Source: Octopus sinensis
Taxonomy: Eukaryota
Length of the DNA stretch: 64,000 bases
Reading direction: 5' to 3'
NCBI RefSeq assembly: GCF_006345805.1
Contig: NW_021826031.1
Coordinates: 434,001-498,000 of the forward strand
Shown here: piece by piece, positions 37,728 through 48,444 of the stretch
Position numbering within the stretch: the first letter of the stretch is position 1
How the letters are laid out: each line of letters opens with the position of its first letter
The notes under the pieces: model-generated
Told to the model about the DNA's origin: nothing
What the model saw: only the letters and a program-made list of their open reading frames with translations
Database searches by the model: none
Position numbers and translations under genes: made by a program

Positions 37728-37972
37728 TACTGTTTAAATTGGTTAAAGTATGCTGATCGGAAATTATCAGACGTTCTATAATTGCGGGGGATAATTAACT
37801 ATTTGTAAATGCTTAATTAAATGTGTATTTATTAACACACGACGAAATATTTATGTACCTATAAAAGGTTTTTAATTTAAAGCTTTAAGGATATTTACAG
37901 CTTTAGATTACTCTTAGCGGATTAGTGAACCTGTTGTAGTAAAAAACGATTACTAATTGTAGATAAAGGCCA
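37728..37972. repeat. Direct repeat A' (paired with 33826-34130)
   Basis: Diverged copy of repeat A with an internal indel. Confidence 0.85.
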
Positions 37973-38095
37973 TGAAAGGGGCCACTGAACTAATTAATAC
38001 AATTTTTATTTTTCATGATTTCTAAAACAAAGGATTTATTTTCAGTAAGATTAACAAATTACTTTGAAATATTACCAAGTTAACTCGATGTGGCA

Positions 38096-38653
38096 ATGAT
38101 AGGACTTAGTACTGTGCTTCGCAAAATAAGGAGAAAGGAGAAGCAATTGAGGGTCTTGGTGCTAGGACTGGACAATGCTGGAAAAACAACGATAATGAGA
38201 AAGTTGTGTGACGAATCTCTGGACACTGTCGCACCTACTTTGGGCTTTAATATTGTCACGATTGACTACAAAGGCTACAAGTTGAACATATGGGATGTCG
38301 GAGGACAAAAGTCTCTTCGTTCTTACTGGCGAAACTATTTTGAAAAAACTGATGTTGTCATTTGGGTGGTAGACTCAGCCGACAGAGCCCGAATGGTGGA
38401 TTGTGCGACCGAACTAAGCTCTTTGCTCTTGGAAGAAAGATTGTTGGGGGCCTCCCTTTTGGTTTTTGCCAATAAACAGGATATTGAGGGGTCTATGTCG
38501 TGCAAGGAAGTGGAAGGGGTCCTCAATCTCGCAAACATGCAATCACATAACTGGAGTATCCTCCCATCTTCTGCTTATACGGGACTCAATTTAGTCGAGG
38601 GAATGGACTGGATTATTGATGACGTGTCTTCCAGGATATTTTCTCTTTATTAA
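38096..38653 (+). CDS. ARL2: ADP-ribosylation factor-like protein 2, intronless, 185 aa
   Basis: [45 protein letters not shown]; colinear with ARL2 without insertions. Confidence 0.97.
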   Translation: MIGLSTVLRKIRRKEKQLRVLVLGLDNAGKTTIMRKLCDESLDTVAPTLGFNIVTIDYKGYKLNIWDVGGQKSLRSYWRNYFEKTDVVIWVVDSADRARMVDCATELSSLLLEERLLGASLLVFANKQDIEGSMSCKEVEGVLNLANMQSHNWSILPSSAYTGLNLVEGMDWIIDDVSSRIFSLY

Positions 38654-39070
38654 TTCACAATTTGTCTGACGGCGAAAAAAATCTAAATTCTTCACTTTCT
38701 TGTTCGCTTCTTTACCCTTTGAGAATATTGTAGTTGTAAAAGACTATATAACTAATAAAGACAGGCGATAGTATCAAGGAAGAGATAAATGTTGTGATCC
38801 TCAGAGGAAATTGTCTCTTCAAATACTTCTGAAGATGGACAGGCTGAATTTAATTAGGCTAACCGCTTTTTTTAAAATATTGCCATTCAGAAATTAGATA
38901 GCTGTCAGCAACAAATTGTTAGACTCAACGACAGACACCCTGAATGATAAACAAGACATTTAAATCAATATGCGTGAATCAGAACTAAAAATTTCTAATG
39001 CTAATTGACTGGCTCTCTATTAATGAAAGTGTGTATTCAAAACTATTAAGTATAAAACCAATAAACACGA

Positions 39071-39477
39071 TTAATCGGACAATTGTTGTTCCAATTCGAT
39101 AATCCGTTCTGCCAAACTGCTTACAACTCCTCTCAGTTCCCTGATTTCAGCGATAAACTGCAATTGGCCACAAGACCACTCACCTCCTCATTCTCGATGA
39201 GTGCTTCTTCCAGAGCTAGTCGTCTCTCTTCTGCCAATTCTCGCCAATAGGTCAGGTCTTTCTGCTTATTTTCTGTGATATCTTCGATCTGTAACTGTTT
39301 GGGAGAATTATCTTCCAAGATAACGTCAGGAGTTGCATCATTGGGGATGGCTATTGCACGTTTATTGTTAACACATTTTCGAATCTTTTTCGATTCGTTT
39401 ACTGAAGAGATATTTTCCTGGAATGTTTAGCTTTGAGGTACTTTTTCAGATAAAATTAATTCAGAATTGCTGCTCAT
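39071..39477 (-). CDS. GMNN: Geminin-family protein, 2 introns, 118 aa
   Basis: Coiled-coil signature YWRELAEERRLALEEALIENEE|FIAEIREL. Confidence 0.8.
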
Positions 39478-41342
39478 TCGATTTGAAGACCCAATCTAAT
39501 GATATATAAAATCAACCAAACAAACCCGCACTTGATTAAATTATTATTTAAATAAAATTTATTTCATATAATCTATTAATAAAGTTTATTAACTTAATAA
39601 GATTTATTATGACGAAATTAGTTAAATCACAAATAATTTCCCCCGGTCCAACCAAGCAGAGTTTCACAACCCAAATGCTTTTTTTCGCGGAAATTGAGAA
39701 TACACCTTCCACAATCACCCTGTCCCCACCACCATGATCTACTTCATCAAAAATAGCGTTAACTGAAACCCTCGAAATACCTGAAATTGTGAATTACTTA
39801 AATATGCCGTCCACCAGGCGTCATAATTCGCTCTGTCCTGCACTTTCCGATTACTGGAGACCGTCTTTTTTTAAACATTCCCTAAATTATCAATACCAAG
39901 TCATTAGACTTTTAGTTAGGTGAAAAAAGATGAAATTTCTTGACTACTTCTAAAAAATCATTCACATAGACCAAATGCTCGCAGCATTGGCACGATAGTT
40001 TGAATAAAAAACGATTATGTTGTACATCACTGTTGTATCTGATAATAATCTGACAGATTTAACAGAACAAGTTTTAGAAAGCATGGAAGAATGTAGAAAT
40101 TCTTCTGACGGTGTTCAAAATAAAAAGATGAAGATTAGTGAATTGAAATAATCAGTTTTAGACATTGCTCCAAGTTGGTTAAAAAAATTTTATTGCTTCA
40201 AACAAAGTTTATTCAAAATTGGTGATTATTATGTTGCGAGGGATGACAGGTAATTTTACAGGTGCCAACAGAGGATTTCGCTTACAATCGTGCCCGGCCC
40301 TTGGCCGAAATCTAACCTCAATTACTTTTATGTAATCTAATCAATGACTTTTACATCGTCTTATGTAATCTGACGGTAGAATAAAATATCACGTGTAATC
40401 TGCTGTGATCAATGAAAATGCCAGATGGAAAATAAAGAACGAAAAGAAGACGAAGTGCGAGGAACAAAGCCAGTAAGGACAATTCAGGCATTTCACATAT
40501 ATGGACAATCAAAAATCGGGAAATTTTGAATTAACTGCACGCAAATGTAAATCATTCGTCCATTTGGGCTGCATAAAATGAGTAAACCTTGCGCTGAGAT
40601 GCTGTCGAGTTGACTGTGCCCCCCTTGTAGTGGAAAGAAGATCTCCAGGTGGAAAAAAATCGCCCATCCAAATTTTACACTGCCACATAGAAGAAGAAGA
40701 ATATGGTTTATTTAATACAATAGCTCCAAAAGAAAAGTGGCCGAGGAATTAGAGCTTAGGGGGCTTGATAACGAGAGCCACGAAGGTCTCAACTTCGGTT
40801 TTGCCCCGGGAGACTGTCTTATCTCCCTCAGCGAATTCGAGTTTTTGCCAGGATCGCGTCTATCGTGTCAACACTCCGCTCATGCAGGTCCTCCAGCGGA
40901 CTGCTGAGCTCCAGGCCGAATGCCAGTTTGATGGCAAATCGTCTGGTTTTTTCGAGTTTGGCGATTAGAAGGTCCCTTTCATCAGTTTGGTACCAGCCCT
41001 CCGAACCATAGATTATTAGTGGCTGAACACAAGTCTGGTAGATGTGTAGAAACGTTTCTGCGCTTAGACAAAAACGCCTCAGTCCTTTTAGGATTTTCGC
41101 TCCTTGTTTCCGCTTTGCATGCACATGGGGTTTGTATGACCCGGTGGGGTCTATAGTTACTCCCAGGTAACGTAGGTTCTTTGATATAATCAGGTTCCCA
41201 TAATCCTCGAAAGTCGGTTTTTTGTCACGACCCATTGAAATCCAACAAATGGTACTTTTGTCCCGAGCGAGATTCAAGCCTTTACCATTGCACCAGATTT
41301 CAAGTTCCTCCAAGTACCGTTCTATACCATTTCCTATACTAA

Positions 41343-41629
41343 ATGGGATTAACGTCAAACAAAGTGAAATTAAGGTCAAACTATGTGGGATTAACGTCAA
41401 ACAAAGTGGGATTAAGGTCAAACTATGTGGGATTAACATCAAACAAAGTGGGATTAAGGTCAAACTATGTGGGATTAACGTCAAACAAAGTGGGATTAAG
41501 GTCAAACTATGTGGGATTAACGTCAAACAAAGTGGGATTAAGGTCAAACTATGTGGGATTAACGTCAAACTAAATGGGATTAAGGTCAAACTATGTGGGA
41601 TTAACGTCAAACTAAATGGGATTAACACC
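41343..41629 (+). repeat. Tandem 21-bp array GGGATTAACGTCAAACAAAGT / GGGATTAAGGTCAAACTATGT (about 14 units)
   Basis: Direct reading. Confidence 0.95.
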
Positions 41630-41911
41630 AAAAATTCTTTTTTTAAAATTTTATGTTAACCATATCTGCTCTTTTTTAAAAGCTCCCCTTCGGATTTTAC
41701 AGTAAATGAGTCCTAGATTTGAGATGCATCCAATTATATTGTTCTCGTTGTTCTCGGGATATTGAGTTCAAGTGCTGTTTTTTTCCAATCTCCACCTGAT
41801 TCTGCAGCTGAAATTAAATGTATTTATTTCTATGCATTTGATTTTTCTCTTCCAATGATTTACGTGGCATTTTTATTTGCTGCGTCGAAATATAATATTT
41901 ATAATAAACGT

Positions 41912-42112
41912 AATCCACTTAGTTTGACGTTAATCCCACATAGTTTGACCTTAATCCCATTTAGTTTGACGTTAATCCCACATAGTTTGACCTTAATCCC
42001 ACTTTGTTTGACGTTAATCCCACTTTGTTTGACCTTAATCCCACATAGTTTGACCTTAATCCCACTTTGTTTGACGTTAATCCCACTTTGTTTGACGTTA
42101 ATCCCATTTAGT
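41912..42112 (-). repeat. Inverted 21-bp array (about 9-10 units)
   Basis: Reverse complement of 41343-41629. Confidence 0.95.
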
Positions 42113-43759
42113 ATAGGAAATGGTATAGTCTGCTCCAGGACAACCTTCTTCTGTGTCGGGGTCCCCACATCGAGACATCCGTAATCAAGATATCATCCGC
42201 GTAGATAATTAGTCTGCTCGTAGGAAAATGTGGTTTCGGGACGTCGGCCAGAAATATATTGAAGAGCAAGGGGCTGAGAACCGATCCCTGAGGAACACCT
42301 CTCCTCAGATTCACGGCCTTCGATAACAAATTTCCACAACGAATGAACGATTTTCTCTCGCACAAGAAGCCCTTTAGCCATCTGACAGTTTTTCGCCCAG
42401 CACCCAACTCCGCTACTTTATCTAACAACCCCAAGTGCCAGACACTGTCAAAGACATTGCAGACGTCCAAGCAGACCGCCGTTAGGCAGGCTTTATGGAG
42501 TTTGGCCCGAGACAGTTCTTCCTCAAGAAGCGAGAAACAGTGACCGGTTGATCGACCAGGTCTAAAACCCCACTGTTCTTCCGCGAGTATATTATTTTGT
42601 TCCACGTAAGCCGATAAACGATTGAAAATAATTCTTTTTATTATCTTCGACGTTGTGCAGATAAGGCTAATTGGCTTATAACTTCCTGCCTGCGTATTTG
42701 GTTTTCCAGGTTTTGGGATCATTCGGACGATTGTTCGTTTCCAGCTAGATGGGACGTGACCATTGTCCCAACTGGCATTGAATAGTTTTACCAGAATACG
42801 AAGCAAGCATCCGGGTGCCTTCTTGAACACCTCCATAGGGATGAAGTCAAATCCAGGAGCGTTGTTCTTGCAACCTCTGATTGCTTCGAACGTCTCTTCC
42901 GTGGTTATTTCCCTGCACAAGGGTCCATCCAAAACAAATTTTGAGCGGGAATTTCGGGTCGACTCCTCGAATATTTTCAGAGGCAGGATTGACGAAGGGT
43001 CCACCTCCTGAATCCCTGCTAGCTGCTGGCGGAAGACCTCCGGGACTTCCTCAGTAGGAACAAAGCCTCCATCCACCGATTTAAGAATGATTTCTTCACC
43101 TTTCGCCTCCGTCCCGTTCATTATTTTGTATAGTTTCCAGAATTTAGGATTTTTCTTGTTGAGTTTTAAGCATTCTCTCTTCCATGCCTCATCTGTGTTA
43201 GCTTTAGTCAGCTCGTCGATCCGACTCTTCAGGGTGTTGATTCGGGCCTTTAGACTTCCAGAGTCCTCAGATTCGAAACACCTTCTTCTTTTGCTTTCCA
43301 GTCGCGCTTTGTCTCTGACTAGCTCAGATAGTCTAGTTTCGGTTCTCTTCGCGCAAGATCCCTGGGATTTCATATGTTTTTTAGAAGCAAATCTGTCCAG
43401 AAAGGCCACCACATGCTTTCGTATGGCCATTTACACTGCCACATATTGACCATATTCTTTTTAAGATTTTGAACCTCTGGAAAGCCAAGAAGATCCCAGT
43501 AAAAATTCCTAAATGAGTAAGAATTGCCGCATTGATCACCCACTGTTTTCTGAGAGTTGGGAATCCTGGCTATACTTATACGTACTCTGAATACCCACGA
43601 CGGAATCTGATAACAATAATAAAGAAACAAACTCTCGGCTCAATCTAACCGGGAAACTGAAAGGAAGCATAATGAATTTTAGCAGTCATAACATAAACGG
43701 AATACTTGAGCAGCCACTTAATGTCAATGAGGAGAATACACCAATTACGGCTTCAACAA

Positions 43760-44400
43760 ACTGAAGGAGAGAGTAAACCGGAATCTTTTGGAGGGCGACG
43801 AACGGGCAGCCTTACGGCTTATCGCGTCCAATGACACAGTACTGTCTAGTACTCCTGAATTCCAGAATACCTTAATACTGAAGCACTCAGATGCACCGAC
43901 TCATTATGAAAAGTGCATTCGAATGCATTTGAATTAAGTTGGAGATAAAGAATGCATTCAGTCCTTTAACGAACCGCTTCAGTCAATAAATTATATTTCC
44001 TCGGATGTCCACTAGGCGAAAAAGAACTTAAGAACCATCTACTTTCCAAAAATGAGAAATTAACACGCCCCGTGAAAAGATTGATATGTTTCGACCCTTA
44101 CAGATCATTCTTTCTGATGAGAAACAGCATTGGACTTCTTATATTTACTCCGATGTTTATCCTGCTAAGAACAATACGACAGTTTACTTTCGATAAACAA
44201 ATCTCTCAAACAAACTGTTGAGTCACTAATTAACGTCCTTTTGGACAAACTTGGTTATAAGCAATGTAGACTTCCCTCTGGATTTGGGAATATCGGTCTA
44301 AGATTGGCGCTGGAGGTCGCGTACCTGGCATATCTATCGTCTCTCTCAAAGTGCAGCCATTTGACACCACAAATCTTTTATCAAACTATTGGACTTCGGT
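43760..44400 (+). mobile_element. Decayed CRE-clade fragments
   Basis: LLEGDERAALRLIAS...KH and LPSGFGNIGLRLALEVAYLAYLSS. Confidence 0.6.
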
Positions 44401-44500
44401 GGGATAAGTAATATTGTCTGCTCCAAAATTAGTCTTATTAAATTGATTTTTATTAACTCAAAAAAGTAAATGAATGAATAAATTTAAATAAGGTTTCTGT

Positions 44501-47500
44501 CTAAAGTTTAAAGTCTACGGTTATTTTCCATCCTTGCTGTAACTCTTCAATCACAGAATGGTCGTTGAGAGAAGAAAGGTCTCCAAATTCGTTACTCCCA
44601 CGCACGATTTGACGGAGTATCCGTCTTATGATTTTACCCGAACGAGTCTTGGGCATATTGGGAGCAAGCTGAACATGTTCCGGAGTAGCAAATGGACCAA
44701 TCGTATTTCTAACTACAGAATCGAGTAAAAATACAACCTTCTTGTTTGATTTCTTTCTCGAGTTGATGAGTAAATTGAGCGCCCTAAAATGTCTTCCAAA
44801 TGAAACAACCTGATGTAGTGAAACAAAGCAGTAAACACAACTTCCTTTTACTTCATGAGGAGCAATGATTGCTGCAGCTTCGACGACACTGGGATGTTGT
44901 ACAATGGCAGATTCGATGGTACTTTTGTCGAAGTGGTCGCAGTTTTTTTTGAGATAATTAAAATTAATTAATTTTTTAGTGAAAAATAGATTATTTAATT
45001 TATAACCCTCTATCAATAATTTAAATGGTTATTAAAATTATTTAAAAATTTATTTAACCAATTTAGTCATTTTAGTACGCGGCATCCAAATTCCAGGACT
45101 GTAGAAGGAATTTATGTCTTTTACAATCTGTGCAAAAGATTCCTTATAGTTCTGTATTTGTTTTCGCCACATAAATTCTGAAAAAATAACTAACTAAAAA
45201 AACCGGTACTTTTGTCGAAGTGGTCGCAGTTTTTTTAGGCCTTTTAAAAAATCTAATAATTTTTGAGGTGGAATATATTATATTTTATTTAAGTCGCTCT
45301 ATCAATAATTTAAAATATTATTAAATTTTTTACTAATTATTTTCTAATTTTGTTTAATATTATGGCGAGCATGTACCTAATATTGATATAAACAGGCACT
45401 ATAGGTCACATGGAAAATTCTGTTGTGGACTTATGCAACATCAAATTCCGACAGCTCCCAATAAGTAAGGAGGATGCAGTGCATTTCTGTTAATAATATT
45501 TTAAATTATTGATAGAGCGACTTAAATAAAATATAATATATTCCACCTCAAAAATTATTAGATTTTTTAAAAGGCCTAAAAAAACTGCGACCACTTCGAC
45601 AAAAGTACCGATTCGATTTCTATTGTACTTAAGAGATGTCCTGAGACGTTGAGCATATCGTCGATTCGTCCTGTAATCCAGTAATGCCCGTCTTCATCCC
45701 GAAAAACTCCTGGGAATATTCAGATTAAACATAACCATCTCCCGTTATATAATAGCCAGGAATTCTGTCGAAATATGTCTCTCTAAATCGATCATAGTCT
45801 TCGTAAATATTGCGACAAACGCCCGGCCAGGCTTGTTTGATAGCCTAAATGAAATTAAGTTGTAATGTTACCAAATATCCATCCGCTTTGCCTATAATCT
45901 CGTTTCCGTTTTTGTCCAAAACTGCTGGGACGATTCCAAAAAACGGAAATGCCTGTAAATATTTCCGAAAAATATCTACAGCGGATCCTGGCTTGGTTTT
46001 GAAAGATGGAAGTGGAGTCAAAACTGGGCCGGACTACGAAAATTACTTTTAATCACTCACAGTTTCGGTCTGCCAATATGTGTCCACTAAAGCACATCTT
46101 GATTTACCAACAACTCGATGATACCACTCCCAAACAATGGGATTTATTGGTTCTCCAGCTGTACCGATTACTCTCAAGGACTCTCTTGTGCTTGTTCTAC
46201 TCATAGTAAGAGCCATTAACTCTGTGATGTATTTTTCGTCGTATCCCATTAGTGATCGTATAGCAGTGGGGGCAGTGTAAAATTGAGTAACTTTATATTT
46301 GTCAATTATTCTCCAATATCTGCTTACGTCGGGAAAAGTCATGGTCCCTTCATACTACGAGGTAAGACCATAGTTATTTACCAGCACACTCGTAGCGCGG
46401 TTTAGAAGAGGGCCATAACAAACGAAGCTATGTCCCGTGATCCATCCAAGGTCGGCAGTACACCAAAAAATGTCTTCCGGTCTGTAATCAAAACAAAATT
46501 TAAAAGTAGTGGATGCATAGAGCATATAACCACCAACGGTGTGCAGAATTGCTTTAGGAATGCCAGTTGAACCACTAATTCATAAATATTCAGAGATGCC
46601 TAGTGTGAAGCATAAATAGAGGGTCTTCAGAATCCATCCAAACCGGCTCACAGCTTGTACTTGCGCTTTCCATTACTTCGTCCCACGAAATATCTCTTTC
46701 TGGGTGGATTCTATACTAATATTCACAGAATCCAGATTTTATACGTCAATTGGAAATGGTCTACTCCCAATCTCTTTTTTGGCCTTATTATTGGCGGTTG
46801 ATGATAAATGTTGTTTCCATATTACTTTTGAAATTAAATATCCCCTAAAATATAATTTTTGTAACTACTGTTCTTTACAGATGTCGATTCCTTCGTCGCA
46901 TATATTTTTAAGGTTGATGAGTTTGTTTCCTCTCCAGAATCCATCTAATTTAAATATTTAAAATATTTTTAACCCGCTGTTATGACAAGTTTGGGTTTCG
47001 CTGTAAGAAAGCGAACGGAAAGTGATTTGGAAGAAAATCCAGCAAACTAAAACTAAAGAAATCATTAATCACAATGATCGAATGTGTAACTCCCAGCCTG
47101 GCACAAGCCATCATTGCGATGATCAGTTCAGGAATCACAGGCATATAAATTGAAACCGTGTCATTTTGTTTGACATCTAAATATATTCAAGGTGTGGCAA
47201 TATTGCACAGAAAACCACAAATTGAAAATTTTATATTGCTTACCATTATTCTTGAGCACATTTGCAAGCTGGCAGACTTTTTGATGGAGTTCAAAATACG
47301 TAAGACTAGATGTGTCATTTACGTCGTTCCCTTCCCTGAACAATACGCATTAGATATAACCAATAATATGCAATTTGGTTGCCATGTCCTTCCATAATAT
47401 GCTTATCCAAACAATTGAAAGATATGTTTGTTTGTGCCCCTTTGAACCATTCAGTAAAAATCGGCCCCTTCTTTACGTCGAAATTCCATTTAACTTTTTT

Positions 47501-47782
47501 ATTCTCTTCCAGGGACTTCCAATAGAATTGCTCTGCAATCCGCCCCCAAAAAATTCCTGGATGAGATATGGATTCTGTGTACATTTTTTGGTACTCTTCT
47601 ATTCCAGATATGTGACTTTTCTTTGTCACTCGTTCTTCCGGGGAGTACCATTCTTGACTTGAATGTACTTTGTGGGATTTTCGATTAAATTTAACATTTA
47701 TTCCCGCACAATTTCCGATTGTATTTCTTTCAAACAATTGGTTATTTTGTAAGATGAATTTTCTAAGTGTTGGAAATAACAT
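44501..47782 (-). CDS. ACSS2: Acetyl-CoA synthetase, about 15 introns (one GC-AG), exon interrupted by a Merlin element
   Basis: [15 protein letters not shown]|[67 protein letters not shown]; no other lesions seen. Confidence 0.93.
44918..45609. mobile_element. Composite Merlin (IS1016-like) non-autonomous element
   Basis: TIR GGTACTTTTGTCGAAGTGGTCGCAG at 44918, 45205 and inverted at 45585-45609; perfect 8-bp TSD GATTCGAT; Merlin-like peptide remnants [12 protein letters not shown] (+) and [18 protein letters not shown] (-). Confidence 0.9.
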
Positions 47783-48444
47783 TTGTTGTGTCAACGTAAG
47801 CACGTAAATAAACTAATTAAATACGCATAGACCACAAAATAATCTCAAATCAAATCGTATGTTTATTGTAATATAAGAGTAACATGTACTATAATGAGAG
47901 TTGATCTTTGTGTAGTTAAATTAAAAGATATTAATTTTTTCGAACATTAATGACACAATTATTTCAATTTCTCACTTTCAGGTTTTCAATTCTCTCTGCG
48001 GGAAGTCCCTGATTGCCTTTTGTTTCTTTGTTTATTAATTCAAGTATTTTTGCAAAAAAATAGTTCAATTAATGCAATTTTACATTATCGACCAGTGATT
48101 GAGATGTAATTAGTTAAAAAAATTCTAAACCCCTAAAAATTACAGGGGTTCATCTCCCTTTGTCGTTTCAGTTATTCCCGCTGAATGATGAGCATTCCAG
48201 ACACAAGCCCAGAAGAGGAAACCACATTACGCTTGAAGAATACCTAAGAAAAACGGCTCCGCGCCCAGTAAGAAAGTTTGTTAGCTCAGAAGTTCAACAA
48301 ATAGAAAAGCTGATGACCTTTTTTCGGGTTTTTGGGATCACCTAATTAATTTATTTAATTAACTGTTAGTGATTTTGAGTTAAATAAAAAACGACCTTAA
48401 TCAGAGTGTGCAAATAACAGATTTCGGAAAACACTTTAACAGTA

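Larger units (their letters stand above)
34130..37730. repeat. Segmental duplication copy 2 (FHL cassette, plus a 1.4-kb hAT insertion)
   Basis: Aligns to 14426-17002. Confidence 0.95.
41325..42125. mobile_element. Non-autonomous IS630-like MITE with inverted 21-bp minisatellite arms
   Basis: TIR TACCATTTCCTATACTAAATGGGATTAAC, TA TSD at CTAG; the host LINE frame is restored on removal. Confidence 0.9.
40690..43740 (-). mobile_element. APE-RT LINE (same group as 24761-29602), split by a MITE
   Basis: SYKPISLI, QWGFRPGRST, GVPQGSVLSPLLFNIF, YADD, LRYLGVTID, FAIKLAFG; (TTC)n tail. Confidence 0.88.

Noticed and set aside
41321-41328. 4-bp TATA TSD with CC...GG termini for the IS630-like family
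   Set aside because: A TA duplication restores both interrupted LINE frames without extra frameshifts; TATA would create a stop at the 27170/29544 junction.
41343-42112. 21-bp arrays as a CRISPR locus
   Set aside because: Head-to-tail repeats with no unique spacers, in a eukaryotic context, forming the inverted arms of a MITE.
40828-42184. Long ORFs of LTLIPHS/GINVKQS repeats as real proteins
   Set aside because: They arise because the 21-bp unit is stop-free in several frames; the non-repeat parts are LINE RT sequence.
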